Assembly (NCBI GenBank): GCA_950097015.1
Contig: CATNEN010000034.1
Span: forward strand, 7,254,001 to 7,318,000
From: Macrostomum hystrix
Lineage: Eukaryota > Animalia > Platyhelminthes
Direction: 5' to 3'
Length of the DNA stretch: 64,000 nucleotides
Shown here: positions 37,101 to 48,800 of the stretch, one piece after another
Numbering within the stretch: the stretch's first letter is position 1
How the letters are laid out: each line of letters starts with the position of its first letter
Program-made: the position numbers and the translations under genes
The notes under the pieces: model-generated
Database searches by the model: none
What the model was told of the DNA's origin: nothing
The model's input: the letters and a program-made list of their open reading frames with translations, nothing else

Positions 37101-39460
37101 AGTTTAGGACTCCAAGACTCCTGAAAGATATTGGCTAAACTATACTCTGCGATTTTTAGAATCATGCTTCTAACGTACTCTTATGAGCAATCTTTATTGC
37201 ACTCACGATTAAATTGAAGCTGTGAGTCCAGCGAGATCTGGCCAAAGGTTTGTTTCATATCCGATGACCACCAATGCAGTCCACATCAGCAGAAAATGAA
37301 ATTGGGCCATTAATCTTTTACCGCTGGCCGGGCTCGCCACGGCTGCCCCTCACCCTCACCCTGGCAAGTCCTTCCGTGAAGCCGTAAACCGATTTGCTTG
37401 CGCTGGTTGGGAGAGGCCTAAATTATGATTACTTCTATTACATGCTCCTGTCCTCAGGCCTAAGCTGCAGTTACTGACTCCATCTCTTTCAGGAGAGATC
37501 CCAGGCCAACCAGCTGACAATAGTCTCCGGGAAGAGAGGGGCGCAGGAAACCGTAGAATTGTCTGGCGCGATGACAGACTAAACTTCTAATAAGCTCAAT
37601 GATCGATATTTGGATATTGTTGTCCAGCGTTGAGTAGGATTTTTGCACAGTGATAAAGCGAGAGGCTGTGTGCACTTTTGCACTCCAATACTTGAGCAAT
37701 GGATGAAAAAAATGAGTTTGCCTGGCCCATTGCCCATGGTACAATCGACTTCCAAACAGTTATGAATATGGCGCCAAATTAGAGCAGATAAGAATTTCAG
37801 CTAGGGACAGGGCCGGAGAGACAACCGAGACAAATCGATCAGATCAGCAGCCATATCTTTCGTACTTGTCATGTCTGATGTTCACCAATCTATCATTGCC
37901 GCTACTCAATTTTTGTAACTAAAATATATCCCCAACTAGGCTCACAAGGCCATTTTCTCTGTTGTCGCCACTGAAAGGTTAGGAATCGATGACTACTTAA
38001 TAAGCGTTATGTTTTTATGAGTTTTTATGCTAATAAAATAATTAGACATATCAGGTCTAGTTTTTTGTCGGAAAATAAAAAGTTCATCAAGCTCTTCCCA
38101 TCTGATTCAATCTGTTTTAGCATGTCAGCAAAACTCTAACAGCTCCGTACCAGCCCACAGCCAGTACCAACAAGTGCTGCCTGAACTGACTCAATTACCG
38201 CTGCAGCACCGTCATCATCATCATCAGCAGCAGCAGCGTCATCATCAGCAGCATCATCAACAGCAGCATCATCATCAACAGCAGCAGCAGCAGCATCAAG
38301 AAAAGCAGCAGCAGCAGCAGCAGCCCGTGACATTCTACATCATCCCATTACCAACTCCATGGATCTCTGGGTCGACTGCGCAGCAACTGCCTCCGCGACA
38401 GTCGCCAGCGAGCCAGTCAGACACTGAGCGCTTCGTTGTTGACCAACAACCTGTGCGGTCAACGCCAACCACAACAAAGGTAATTGTTATAGCTTTCCAA
38501 GTCTATGATTCGAAGCACTCATTTCACAAAAGTTTTGTTTAATCCATTCGCACGCACGTCAGTACCGGACGCAGCAGTCACCGATGCCGAAGTCACTGCC
38601 GCCTGGCCTGTCAGCGCTAACCTCGGGCAGCATGTTCCCCTGGAGTGGCGGCAGCGGCTTGTATTGGCCTGGCCTTCTTCAGTCGTCCAAGTCGGCTGCC
38701 TCAGCGGATCATCATCGCCTGCGTCGTGTGACCCTCCATCGTGTTAATGGTGCCTTCGGCCTGTCTCTGGTTGCTCGCACCGACGATTTGAGTCAAGACA
38801 ATCCAGGCAGGCCGTCCAGATTCTTTGTTTCAGCCGTGGCGACAGGTAGCGCTGCTCACAGTCAGGTGACACCCGCTGCTGGGGCTGCTGTTTCTCAAAT
38901 GGGCACCGAAATTAAAATATAACGAGACTCAAAATATAGCAATAGTGTACAGCCTCGCTTAGGATTCGAATCGAGAACCTTTTATGCGGAAGTCACACTA
39001 GCTGATTGAGCAGGCAAAAAAGCTTTTGACATGTAAATACAGGACAAAATTTCTTACGAGCATTACGATTATTTTGAGGAGATGTATACTGTGCGAGTAC
39101 CAGTAAAGATCAAGAAATGTTTACTTGGTTGTGTTGCGAGAGTGCATTGGGATACATTATGAAGATAGTGAATTATTAATTAAATTAGCTACTGCCCCTC
39201 TGTTGTTTACGAGTATATTCTCAACAGGTTCCGATGCCGTCCCACTTGCAACAGGTCTACTTTCAGTGAAATAAACAAAAATAATTATTCGCCTTTCTTT
39301 TAAGGATGTTCAACCGGGCGACGAGTTGGTTACGCTGGACGGCGGCCCTGTCGACGGCATGTCGCTGCACGAACTTGGCCTGGCCATTCGCAGCCGCAAC
39401 CGGATGCAGTTGAGTCTGAGAACTGCTAGGCAAAGTGACGACACCGAACAGCCAGAATGA
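34158..39460 (+). CDS. Harmonin-homology (HHD/HN-like) + C-terminal PDZ scaffold protein (whirlin/PDZD7/delphilin-like); supported exons 34158-34213, 34329-34890, 35122-35627, ~38129-38479, 38563-38865, 39305-39460; middle exons (36.5-37.9 kb) unresolved
   Basis: LTTDECRTFKAALRAF...LVNDLQKLLDAPKKLDLLREIALLIP is HHD-like. The PDZ domain is split by a phase-0 intron: RRVTLHRVNGAFGLSLV...FFVSAVATGSAAHSQ|DVQPGDELVTLDGGPVDGMSLHELGLAIR. A polyQ/H exon lies between them. Confidence 0.68.
38952..39015 (-). pseudogene. tRNA-like fragment / SINE head
   Basis: The reverse complement has a B-box-like GATTCGAATCC and partially paired ends GCCTGC...GCGAGGC, but no intact cloverleaf. Confidence 0.35.
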
Positions 39461-39539
39461 CACCGTAGAATCGATGTCAAAAATTGAGATAAAAACTGGA
39501 GCTACGACAGAACAACACAAGTAGACAACTGCGATCGGG

Positions 39540-39920
39540 GGGGTTGGTGGCATGTCGGATAACGTGTTTGCCTATCGCACCAATTGGTCCATGAGTTCGA
39601 TTCCGCAGCGAGGCCACTTTTATTTGGGGCGCAGCAGTGGAGAGAAGGCTTTCGAGGCAATTCGTGCAATTCACGCCCATGAGGGCCAACCTTCAAGGCT
39701 CATTGAGAGTGTAGACTGCATGACGATGAGAAAGTTACGGCAGATGTACACACCATTTGAGCGTGTGCCTGCGTACGGTATCTGTGGGCGTGTGTGCTCA
39801 GGAGTCAGCGCGATAGGCAGAATTGCCTCCTCGCTGGCTGCGGGTCTAGTGTCACCAAATGATGTACCATTGCCCGCAGCCCACCTGGCACCTACAATTA
39901 GGAGCTATTATTATAGTTTT
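39540..39920 (+). mobile_element. tRNA-head SINE, copy A
   Basis: A-box-like TGGCATGTCGG and B-box-like GAGTTCGATTCC, a short TTA-rich tail, and clear homology to the reverse complement of 53330-53680 (shared AGAATTGCCTCCTCGCTGGCTGCGG, GTGTGCTCAGGAGTCAGCG, GTGTCACCAAATGATGT). Confidence 0.72.
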
Positions 39921-40309
39921 TATTAAACTATGGCAATCCATATCTAGCAAAAACTATACGGTATGTATTATTAAAAGTAGCAATGTTTTTATGATTTTGT
40001 TGGATCTAACGTAGCTAATATCATTAAAGTGCGAGTAATTTATAACCAGTAATTTATAAATATTTTAGAATTATAGACTCGTAATATACTTAGAACACTT
40101 TTTTCTGACAACAATCTTCTACGACCCTTTCTGACAAAAACGTTTCTTCAGTATTTTACGAGATGGCCCCATTATTGCTTTGGTACATCGAATCAAATGG
40201 AGAAATTGATTTGTATCGCTTAAAAAAAATATACGAGTCGGTTGTTACTCGAATATTGAAGATATGTTTGTCATGTTTAAAAATCTTTTGAAACAATTCT
40301 GGAATCCAC

Positions 40310-40560
40310 TTCGATATCCTCTACAGAATCCGCTTCGATATCTTCTATGAAATCTGCTTAGATATTCTGCGGAATCTGCTTCGATAACGTCTACAGAATC
40401 TGCTTCGATATCGTCTACAGAATCCGCTTCGAAATCGTCTACAGAATCTGCTTCGATATCGTCTACAGAATCTGCTTCGATATCTTCTACAGAATCCGCT
40501 TCGAAATCTTCTACAGAATCCGCTTCGAAATCTTCTATGGAATCTGCTTCGATGTGCTCA
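40310..40560. repeat. 24-bp minisatellite (AATCTGCTTCGATATCGTCTACAG)n
   Basis: Direct periodicity. Confidence 0.9.
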
Positions 40561-40757
40561 AGAGAATCTGCTTGTACTATAGTAAATGCTTTCAGCGCAA
40601 AAGCATTTCATCGTTTACCATAGACAAAGCCATCTATTACTAAAATAGATTTCTGTATTCGGGTGATTTCTATAATAAATAAAAAAGTCTCGATAACGTG
40701 CGTATGCAGAATAATCCACGACACAGAACGCGCGCAGACGATTACTAACAGTAGCCA

Positions 40758-41114
40758 ATGGTATATTCGCAGCATGAGTACGCCATTGCTGGCCGATTGC
40801 CAACCAGTTTGGAGCTGGCCAGCCTCATTCGTGTACACGTGCTCTTCCGCGGCGCCGGCAGTTTCGCCTGCTACGACAGGCTGCAGTGCGCCTTGTCAAA
40901 GGGTCATCCCGACGTCCTGCTGCTTGGACGCATCGCCCAGCACGAATGCTTCAGCGTGTTCATCAATGGCATCCTGGTGTTGGATCGGCCAAAGTCGGAT
41001 AGCAGTTTGCCGGAGAGCTACGTTGAACGGCTGGTGGCCCTGGTTGTCAAGCAGATCAACAATGCCAGGAACGGCATTCCGTGCACGCAGAAAAATATCA
41101 CCTCCGTTGTCTGA
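40758..41114 (+). CDS. Rdx-family (MIEN1/SelW-like) thioredoxin-fold protein lacking CxxC/CxxU, 118 aa
   Basis: IRVHVLFRGAGSF..YDRLQCAL...PDVLL...FSVFINGILVLDR...LVALV..QINNARNG aligns by eye with MIEN1 (VRIVVEYCEPCGF..YLELASAV...FEIEINGQLVFSK...RRASNG). No database search was run. Confidence 0.55.
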   Translation: MVYSQHEYAIAGRLPTSLELASLIRVHVLFRGAGSFACYDRLQCALSKGHPDVLLLGRIAQHECFSVFINGILVLDRPKSDSSLPESYVERLVALVVKQINNARNGIPCTQKNITSVV

Positions 41115-41169
41115 CGACTGCCAACTGATGGCTTCACCGTTTATGCCTACGAGTACAATTTTCTAGACC

Positions 41170-41365
41170 AACCTCTCTGACCCCTTCTTCTAACAACGAT
41201 TTCACTGACCCTCTTCCTGACCCAACCTGTCTGACCCCTCTTGCTGACCCCAACCTGTCTGACCCCTCTTGCTGACCCCAACCTGTCTGACCCCTCTTCC
41301 TGACCCCAACCTGTCTGACCCCTCTTCCTGACCCCAACCTGTCTGACCCCTAGTCCTGACCCCTC
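41170..41365. repeat. 28-bp minisatellite (CCCCAACCTGTCTGACCCCTCTTCCTGA)n
   Basis: Direct periodicity. Confidence 0.9.
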
Positions 41366-41984
41366 CTCAGAGCCGTTGTGCATTTATATCGTATTTTAGA
41401 ACGTAACTGGCTGCTGTCGCCTCGCTGTTGACTCCATTACCAGATTGTACTTTTGCCAATTAAAATTTGCCGATTCATTGATGCCGTTGCTTAGCAACTT
41501 CTAACTGCTTTCCTAAATTTATTTTGACAGCAGATAACATGGAATATGCTGTAACACGCGCATTCTAGCTGCCTCTTTTAAATTTCATCAATTCAAATAA
41601 GGCTTTGATGCCCTACTGACGCAGCTAACTAGTCACTAGACAAGAACAAGCCAGGAAAATATCGATTTCGCTATCAATAATCTAAATTAGATAGTGGAAG
41701 TAAAAATTTAAAGCGAGGAAATGTAAAAAATATGCATCAGGGAGAGAGTAGGAAGCAGGAGAGCAGAGGGCAGGAGAATAAGCTGTGAGAGAGGTAGTAT
41801 GAACTATGCAGAATGGCACAATGGAGGGAGGTGAAGAGACGGGCAGAGACAGATTGAGGAAGGAGAGACACATGCACCCCGTAAGGAGGTTCCCGTATCC
41901 ATTCTATTCGCCGATATTTTATTTTAATAATAGTCCTACTTACTTTTCGTCAGGGCACAAGGAACAGGGATGGGGTGAGAGAGG

Positions 41985-42395
41985 GAGAGGGAGAGAGGGA
42001 GAGACGGAGAGAGGGAGAGAGGGAGAGAGGGAGAGACGGAGAGATGGAGAGAGGGAGAGAGGGAGAGAGGGAGAGACGGAGAGAGGGAGAGAATGAGAGA
42101 GTGAGAGAGGGAGAGAGGGAGAGACGGAGAGAGGGAGAGAGTGAGAGAGGGAGAGAGGGAGAGACGGAGAGGGGGAGAGAGGGAGAGAGGGAAAGATGGA
42201 GGGTGAGAGATATCGCTAAAAGTAGGGAGGGATGGAGGAAGAGAGACAGGGGTAGATAGGAAGAAACGAAGAGAGGAGAGAGGTAGAGAGAGCGAGGGGT
42301 GAGAAATAGGAATAAATGGAGAGAGGTAGAGGGAGGGAGAGATAGTGAGAGAAGGAGATAGGGAGAGGGGGAGAGAGGGAGAAATCTAGAACAAA
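41985..42395. repeat. GA-rich low-complexity repeat (GGAGAGAG)n
   Basis: Purine-rich simple repeat; explains the RE/GE-rich ORFs. Confidence 0.9.
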
Positions 42396-42911
42396 CTGAT
42401 GAAGCGGTTTCATCGGTTTTTAATTCTTCACTGCTTCAGCGAATCAATACTTTCGCACCGTTAGTCACAGCCATAAACCGGTCCATACAATTCTGTCGAG
42501 GTTTACGGGACTAATAAAAATAAAATCTCTCGCCTCGTGGCCAGATGCTCCGGATTTTCTCACAGACGCATTCGAGTGGCTATTAAGAAGAAAAAGCATC
42601 GAGCAACGAGCGCAAAAGAGTGCAGAGATCTGAAGGAGCTACTCGGAGCAGAAGGGGGAGGTTGAGAGGCCTAAGGCTCGGGGACTCTCAGGTAGCGGAA
42701 GAAAATATGGGGAGTGGCCTCCGCTCCACTCGATTTTGTGTCGGAAAAAATTGCTCAGATTCAGGTTAGGCTGGCTTTTAAAAAACGCCATTGTTTTCCT
42801 TTCCTTCTTCTAACATCCGTCCGTTCGCTCCCAACGAAGGCGCCGATTTTTCCAAGAAATACGAGCTACATTTTCAATTGCAAATCAAATCAAACCAAAG
42901 CAGGCAAATTT

Positions 42912-43612
42912 GCCTCGCCCTCTCCGGTCGGCACGAAGGTTGCCTCGCCCTCTCCGGTCAGGAGGAAGGTTGCCTTCCTCTCTACAGTCAGCAGGAAGGT
43001 TGCCTCGCCCTCTCCGGTCAGGAGGAAGGCTGCCTTCCTCTCTACAGTCAGCAGGAAGGTTGCCTCGCCCTCTCCGGTCAGGAGGAAGGCTGCCTTCCTC
43101 TCTACAGTCAGCAGGAAGGTTGCCTCGCCCTCTCCGGTCAGGAGGAAGGTTGCCTTCCTCTCTACAGTCAGCAGGAAGGTTGCCTCGCCCTCTCCGGTCA
43201 GGAGGAAGGCTGCCTTCCTCTCTACAGTCAGCAGGAAGGTTGCCTCGCCCTCTCCGGTCAGGAGGAAGGTTGCCTTCCTCTCTACAGTCAGCAGGAAGGT
43301 TGCCTCGCCCTCTCCGGTCAGGAGGAAGGCTGCCTTCCTCTCTACAGTCAGCAGGAAGGTTGCCTCGCCCTCTCCGGTCAGGAGGAAGGTTGCCTTCCTC
43401 TCTACAGTCAGCAGGAAGTTTGCCTCGCCCTCTCCGGTCAGGAGGAAGGTTGCCTCGCCCTCTCCGGTCAGGAGGAAGGCTGCCTTCCTCTCTACAGTCA
43501 GCAGGAAGGTTGCCTCGCCCTCTCCGGTCAGGAGAAAGGTTGTCTCTCTTCCCCGTTCGGCAGGAAGGTTGCCTTGCCCTCTCCGGTCAGGAGGAAGGTT
43601 GCCTCTCCCTTC
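42912..43612. repeat. Higher-order satellite: two related 30-bp monomers alternating as a 60-bp dimer
   Basis: A=TGCCTCGCCCTCTCCGGTCAGGAGGAAGG(T/C), B=TGCCTTCCTCTCTACAGTCAGCAGGAAGGT; an exact 60-bp period is visible line by line. Confidence 0.95.
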
Positions 43613-45825
43613 CGGGCCTATCCCTTCTGTTTTCTGGAAACAGAAACTATTTTGCTAACTGTTCGATTCGAATTACAAGAAAGTGATTCTTTGCCTTTTG
43701 GATTAGAAATTTGAAGCTTTAATCCTGCAGGGCTAATTTAGATCTGGTAATTTCGCGAAATTATCATTGCCAGGCATTTGAGCTCACATAGATTGTATTT
43801 TTTAGCAATGCTAAGTGCAAGGATTTTTATTTTTAATAGACCCCATTCTACCAAATCTGTAGTCTTCGAAATCCCAATTCTTCGAAATCCCATTTTTACG
43901 AAATCCGATTTCTACGAAATTTCAATTCAACTGTATCGCTACTTTAAAAAATTACTCTTTCACAGAATCCATTGTTTTCAAAATACCGAGTCTTCAGGGA
44001 TCTGAAGATCCCTTCTTCTGAAGTCCGATTTCATGCAATGGCAGTCTAAGAAATCCGCAAATCCATTTCTTAGATATATATTTTTTTTAAAGAAATCCTC
44101 TTTTAAACTATCCATTGTTCAAAGAAACCATTTTTCAAGGAAATCTAGTTTCAAAGTCAGCCGCATTGCAGGAAATCCAAATTCAATGAACCCATTCTCA
44201 GTAAAGAAAAAAAATATTAAATAAATCCTATTTAAACATTCGTCTTTTTTCAAGAAAATCAAATAAATCCGTTTAAAAAAATGCTTCAGTTCAGGGAAAT
44301 CGCAACTCAATTCTGTTTTAGAAAAATAAGTAATTTCTAATAAATTCGGATTTGAAAGCAGTCAGTTTTTTTAATTCGTTTTTGGCTTCAAAGATTGAAA
44401 GCGAAATTCTAGACAGGCTGCAGCCATGAGTAGATGATGATCTTCGAGTTGTGCTTCCTCGAGGCGAGCCGACAGCATCGACTCTCGCAGCCGCTTCAGC
44501 GTCGACTTGGCTCACTGAATGCTGCTGTGGTGTCGAGTTCATTCTATGTCAGATGCCAGAGCAGCTAGTATGAAACCCGAGCAAAGGGGCCTCATAATGA
44601 ATAGAATGCTGCTGCTGCTGCTGCTGCTGCTGCTGGCACTCCCCGGCGAGAATCTGAGACCTTCATCCGGCCTTCTGATCTTGTCCAACCCCTTCCTCAG
44701 ACAAAGAGAGCTGAGATTAACAGGCAAAATGAGGATTCGACATCTGAGTTGAGGAAAATGGAAAAATTTGTCGGATAAACTAGACGAGGAGGATAATTCC
44801 TAGAAGCGACACATCCCTGGATGCATTTACACGATTTTTTAAAACAAAAATCACGAATTGCCCCCACTGGAAATCGTTTTCTAAATTAAAATAATAATAA
44901 TGGAATTTTGCGCCCTGAAAAAAACCTGCCCGAGCAGCTTCTGCAGCCAATGTGAGTAGCTTTTGTTCTCAATTCGCATCTCTCTCCTAGCGATTCGCAT
45001 AGGATTGGGCGGGACAAACCCCACTCACCCACCCTGGAAATGACCGAGGTAAAACTGTTATTTCTCCTGCACGCTCCACTCTCCACTCTCCCTGTCCTTA
45101 CGTACTCCAGACTCAAATTTGAGCACTCCAGAGAGATCGCCGGGTAAGTTTTATGTTGACCAGTTTGCCCAAGCCAAATTCGCAATGCAATCAGTTCTTA
45201 ATAATTCCAGCAATGCACCCTTATCGGAGAGACTTTGAGTTAGCTTAATGACTTTTTGAGCTCCTCTGTCTCGCTCATACAACATTCAATTTTCGTATCC
45301 CACCATTTGGGAAAGGAAGTGGGGAAGAGATTTTGCCTGGCAGCGGGATAGATGGGAAACGCCTTTTGTCTAAAAATTCGTCACTGCAGTATACAAGGTT
45401 TAATAAAGGCCCCAGTAACTGTGGGGTGACTTGGGCTGTGGATTCAGCAGAGGGCTCTGTGCTTGTGCATTACGTTGATTGCATCCTCCTTGACTTCGTT
45501 AAATTTATTTTTTAACAAACGAAAAAATCATTCGCTCTTTCCAGCTTTCCCCTTCCCTCTCTCCCCCGGGCAGATCCCAAGGCTGGCCTGCCTCAAAAGA
45601 GGGAGGCAGCAACCGTGCTCTCGGCAGAGATCCGGAACAGCTTCCGACAGCGTTCCCAGCTCACCCACCCCTTAGCCCCGCAGATAAGGCAGCGAAGCAC
45701 TAGCAAGGCCGCTCGGGTTCCCGCTGGGGTTAATTACAATCTTACGACTGGCCTAGTCTAGATTTCTCTTTCAAATTTCTCTTTTACATCCAGGGTAAGT
45801 ACCGCTAGGGAAGTCGTCATCGAAG

Positions 45826-48800
45826 ATGCAGAAAACTATCAGAGTGAGCGACTCCCAGTTTCTGCTTCTGTCGAGCAAGGCTCGCGAGCCGGGCAGCGCC
45901 AGTCTCGCCGGCAATCTCTACAAGAGGAGCCTGGACACCGGCAAGTGGCAGCTGCGCTACTTTGTGCTGTACCAAAATCTGCTGTTCTATTATGATAGCG
46001 ACAAATGCGAGCGACCGTCTGGAGTAGCTCTGCTGGAGGGATCCTATTGCGACAAGCAGAGCTCGCTAAAGCTGACCGAGAGGGGCGAGAACACGCGAGC
46101 TCAACAGTGGACGGTGAGCTCGCTGATTTTTGTTGACAGTCGGGGGTTTGAGTCCCTGTGTTGGCAGGCCTCCATCAGAAAAAACAATTGCTTGTGTTAG
46201 AGGTCAGTGGTTCGAGTCGCAGAAACGTAAGATATTTGTTTCGACTGCAGTTGAGGGTCGCGGGTTCAAATTCGAGAATTCGATGCGTCAGTAGTTAAGA
46301 GATTCTCGGCTCCTAATAGAACATGGCTCCCGCTATAAAAGCCTTTAAAGGGCTTGAAATATTCGCAAATCATAGTTCTTCTTACCATATTTTCATTCCC
46401 TGTGCGAAATGTACCAGAGGAATGTCTGATCTGAGATCAAAGTCTTTCATAGGTCAAAGGGGACAAGGACCAGAGGCAGAAGGGGAACCGTTTGCCGCTG
46501 TCAGTTAGTAAATTGAATGCTTGAGCTCCCAGTTTAAAGACCAAACAGGACATGGCGAGTCTGAGCTCTGAGACCCCAGCCATTCCGCTTGGATAGGCGA
46601 CAAAGCCTGAGGCCCCCTGCTTTCGGGAGGACATGGAAGCTGAGCAGAAAGAAGGAGAAATGCAGAGATGAAGAACAGGCCAAGCAAAGATCTTTGGCTT
46701 AGCTGGGGGCCGTGCTTTCTCAGTTTTTTCTGGCTCACACTCGAAATGCCCTCCGGGCGGTTTGGTCGGCAAGCAGCAGCATGCAGTTTTGATTTGCACT
46801 AAACTGGGACTTCTTGAAATCCTTGTGGCCCCAACCCCCACCGTGTCCTGTGAGCTCGGCTTTTGTTTTTTACTAGAGAGAATTTAAACACCATGTTAAC
46901 CCAAATGTACAACGGAGTGTACACTCCAGTGTAAAATGGAATGTACACTCCGGTGTACAATTCAATGTACACTACAGTGTACAATTCAATGTACACTACA
47001 GTGTACAATTCAATGTACACTACAGTGTACAATCGACTTTTTAATGTTTACAATGGACATTAAAATTTCAATCGATTTCTTTGGGTTTTGTTGTTGTTGC
47101 TATTTTTAGAACAGCTTTGTGTACCCCTAATTTTCTGTACCCCTTCACCCTAGTCACGTGATCGACCTTGAAGTTAGGAGTGCTGCGTCCCCATAACTTA
47201 AGGCTCTTGAGCAATCATCATTGTAAACTAATTGAAGCTGGAATGAAGCTGAGATTCGGCACGCGCTTGAAAGTGCACATCTATTTTGTTTAGCCAATTC
47301 GGACTCAGAGACTATTGTTGATTGGTTTGAGTACCGAGTCTTCAATCTGATTCCCCAGACGGCGAAGGATAAATTTGTTGGACGTGTACTTTTTACACTC
47401 TCCCTTTCCTGATTTGTTTTCTACAGTTATTTTTTCTGTCCCAGATAATCCATTTGATGATCCGATCCATCGGGAACAGAATGACTGTTAAAGCCACTGT
47501 TTTACTAAAACTGATTTATATTGGCATTTTAAAACTCGAACCAAAATTAACAAATCGAACATATTTGAGCAGCACGGCTTCAATATATTCTACAAGAAGG
47601 ACGGGCAAAGGCATTACGATCTTCGGGCCGAGACAGACGCTGACTGCTGTGCATGGGTTGAAGCGATCAGAAATGCCAGGTACCGACGCTCATGCTCAGC
47701 TCACTAATGTGTAATAGATAATGAAGCTTGCTGATTGTATCCATTATTTCAGCTATAGCCGCGTACAGGGCATCAAGGAGGAGCTAGAGCAGAAGAATTT
47801 GCACCTGCTGCAGATCATGGAGAGCGAGCGCCTGTCCAAGTGGCATTACGTCAAGCAGACCGAAGAGCTCATGGCCGAGGTTGGCCAGCTCAGGAAAGAA
47901 GTACGGGAGGTGAGACAAGAACTCTTGTCACTTCAGCTTGCACTAGTACTAATTCTAGTTCTAGTTCTAGTACTAGTTCTAGTTCTATTTCTAGTTCTAT
48001 TTCTTGTTTTAGTTCTAGTTCTAGCTATAGTTATATTTCTATTTTTAGTTCGAGTTCTATTTCTAGTTCTAGTTCTAGTTCTAGTTCTATTTCTAGTTCT
48101 AGTTCTAGTTCTAGTTCTAGTTCTATTTCTAGTTCTAGTTCTAGTTCTATTTCTAGTTCTAGTTCTATTTATAGTTCTAGCTCTAGTTCTATTTCTATTT
48201 CTAGTTCTAGTTCTAGCTCTAGTTATATTTCTATTTCTAGTTCTAGTTCTAGTTCTAGTTCTAGCTCTAGTTATATTTCTATTTCTAGTTCTAGCTCTAG
48301 TTCTAGTTCTAGCTCTAGTTATATTTCTATTTTTAGTTCTAGTTCTATTTTTAGTTCTATTTCTATTTTTAGTTCTAGTTCCAATTCTAGTTCTAGTTTT
48401 AGTTGTAAAAATATATTTTGCCCCATAAAACTAGCACAAGCACCTAACAACCAACCAATTGTGGACAATGAATCATTATCTGTACGCACCCATTGGAATG
48501 AGGCATAAAAAATATTTTTTCCTGCTTATTTTTGCCTTCACTCGCAACCCTTTAGCGTAGAATTTGTACACAGAACCCTGGCCTTCTCTGTAAGAAATTT
48601 TTATTATTGTTTTTACGAGGGTTGTTCCCAAAGTTCGTGGACAAACATGAACTAGACAAGCAACAAAACTGAAAACCTTAGTCATCGACCTTCTCAATGT
48701 ACTGAAGTAGTTGCCCTTGAGGCACACACACTTGTGCCAGCGCTCTGGTAGCTTCTCAATCCCTGCAGCAAAGAATTCTTTGTGGGTACTTCTGACACAC

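Noticed and set aside
39552-39926. 124-aa ORF as a gene or a first exon of the Rdx-like gene
   Set aside because: It lies inside a tRNA-head SINE whose second copy (53330-53680) does not keep the frame.
42714-43714. 258-314-aa ORFs in three frames
   Set aside because: They result from the 30/60-bp satellite, whose period is a multiple of 3.
44318-44752. Short ORFs around a (CTG)n tract upstream of RasGRF
   Set aside because: No domain or coherent exon chain; probably UTR or regulatory sequence.
47721-48508. Apparent long TM (poly-LV) and poly-Ser proteins
   Set aside because: Read-through of a RasGRF exon into the (TTCTAG)n intronic repeat.
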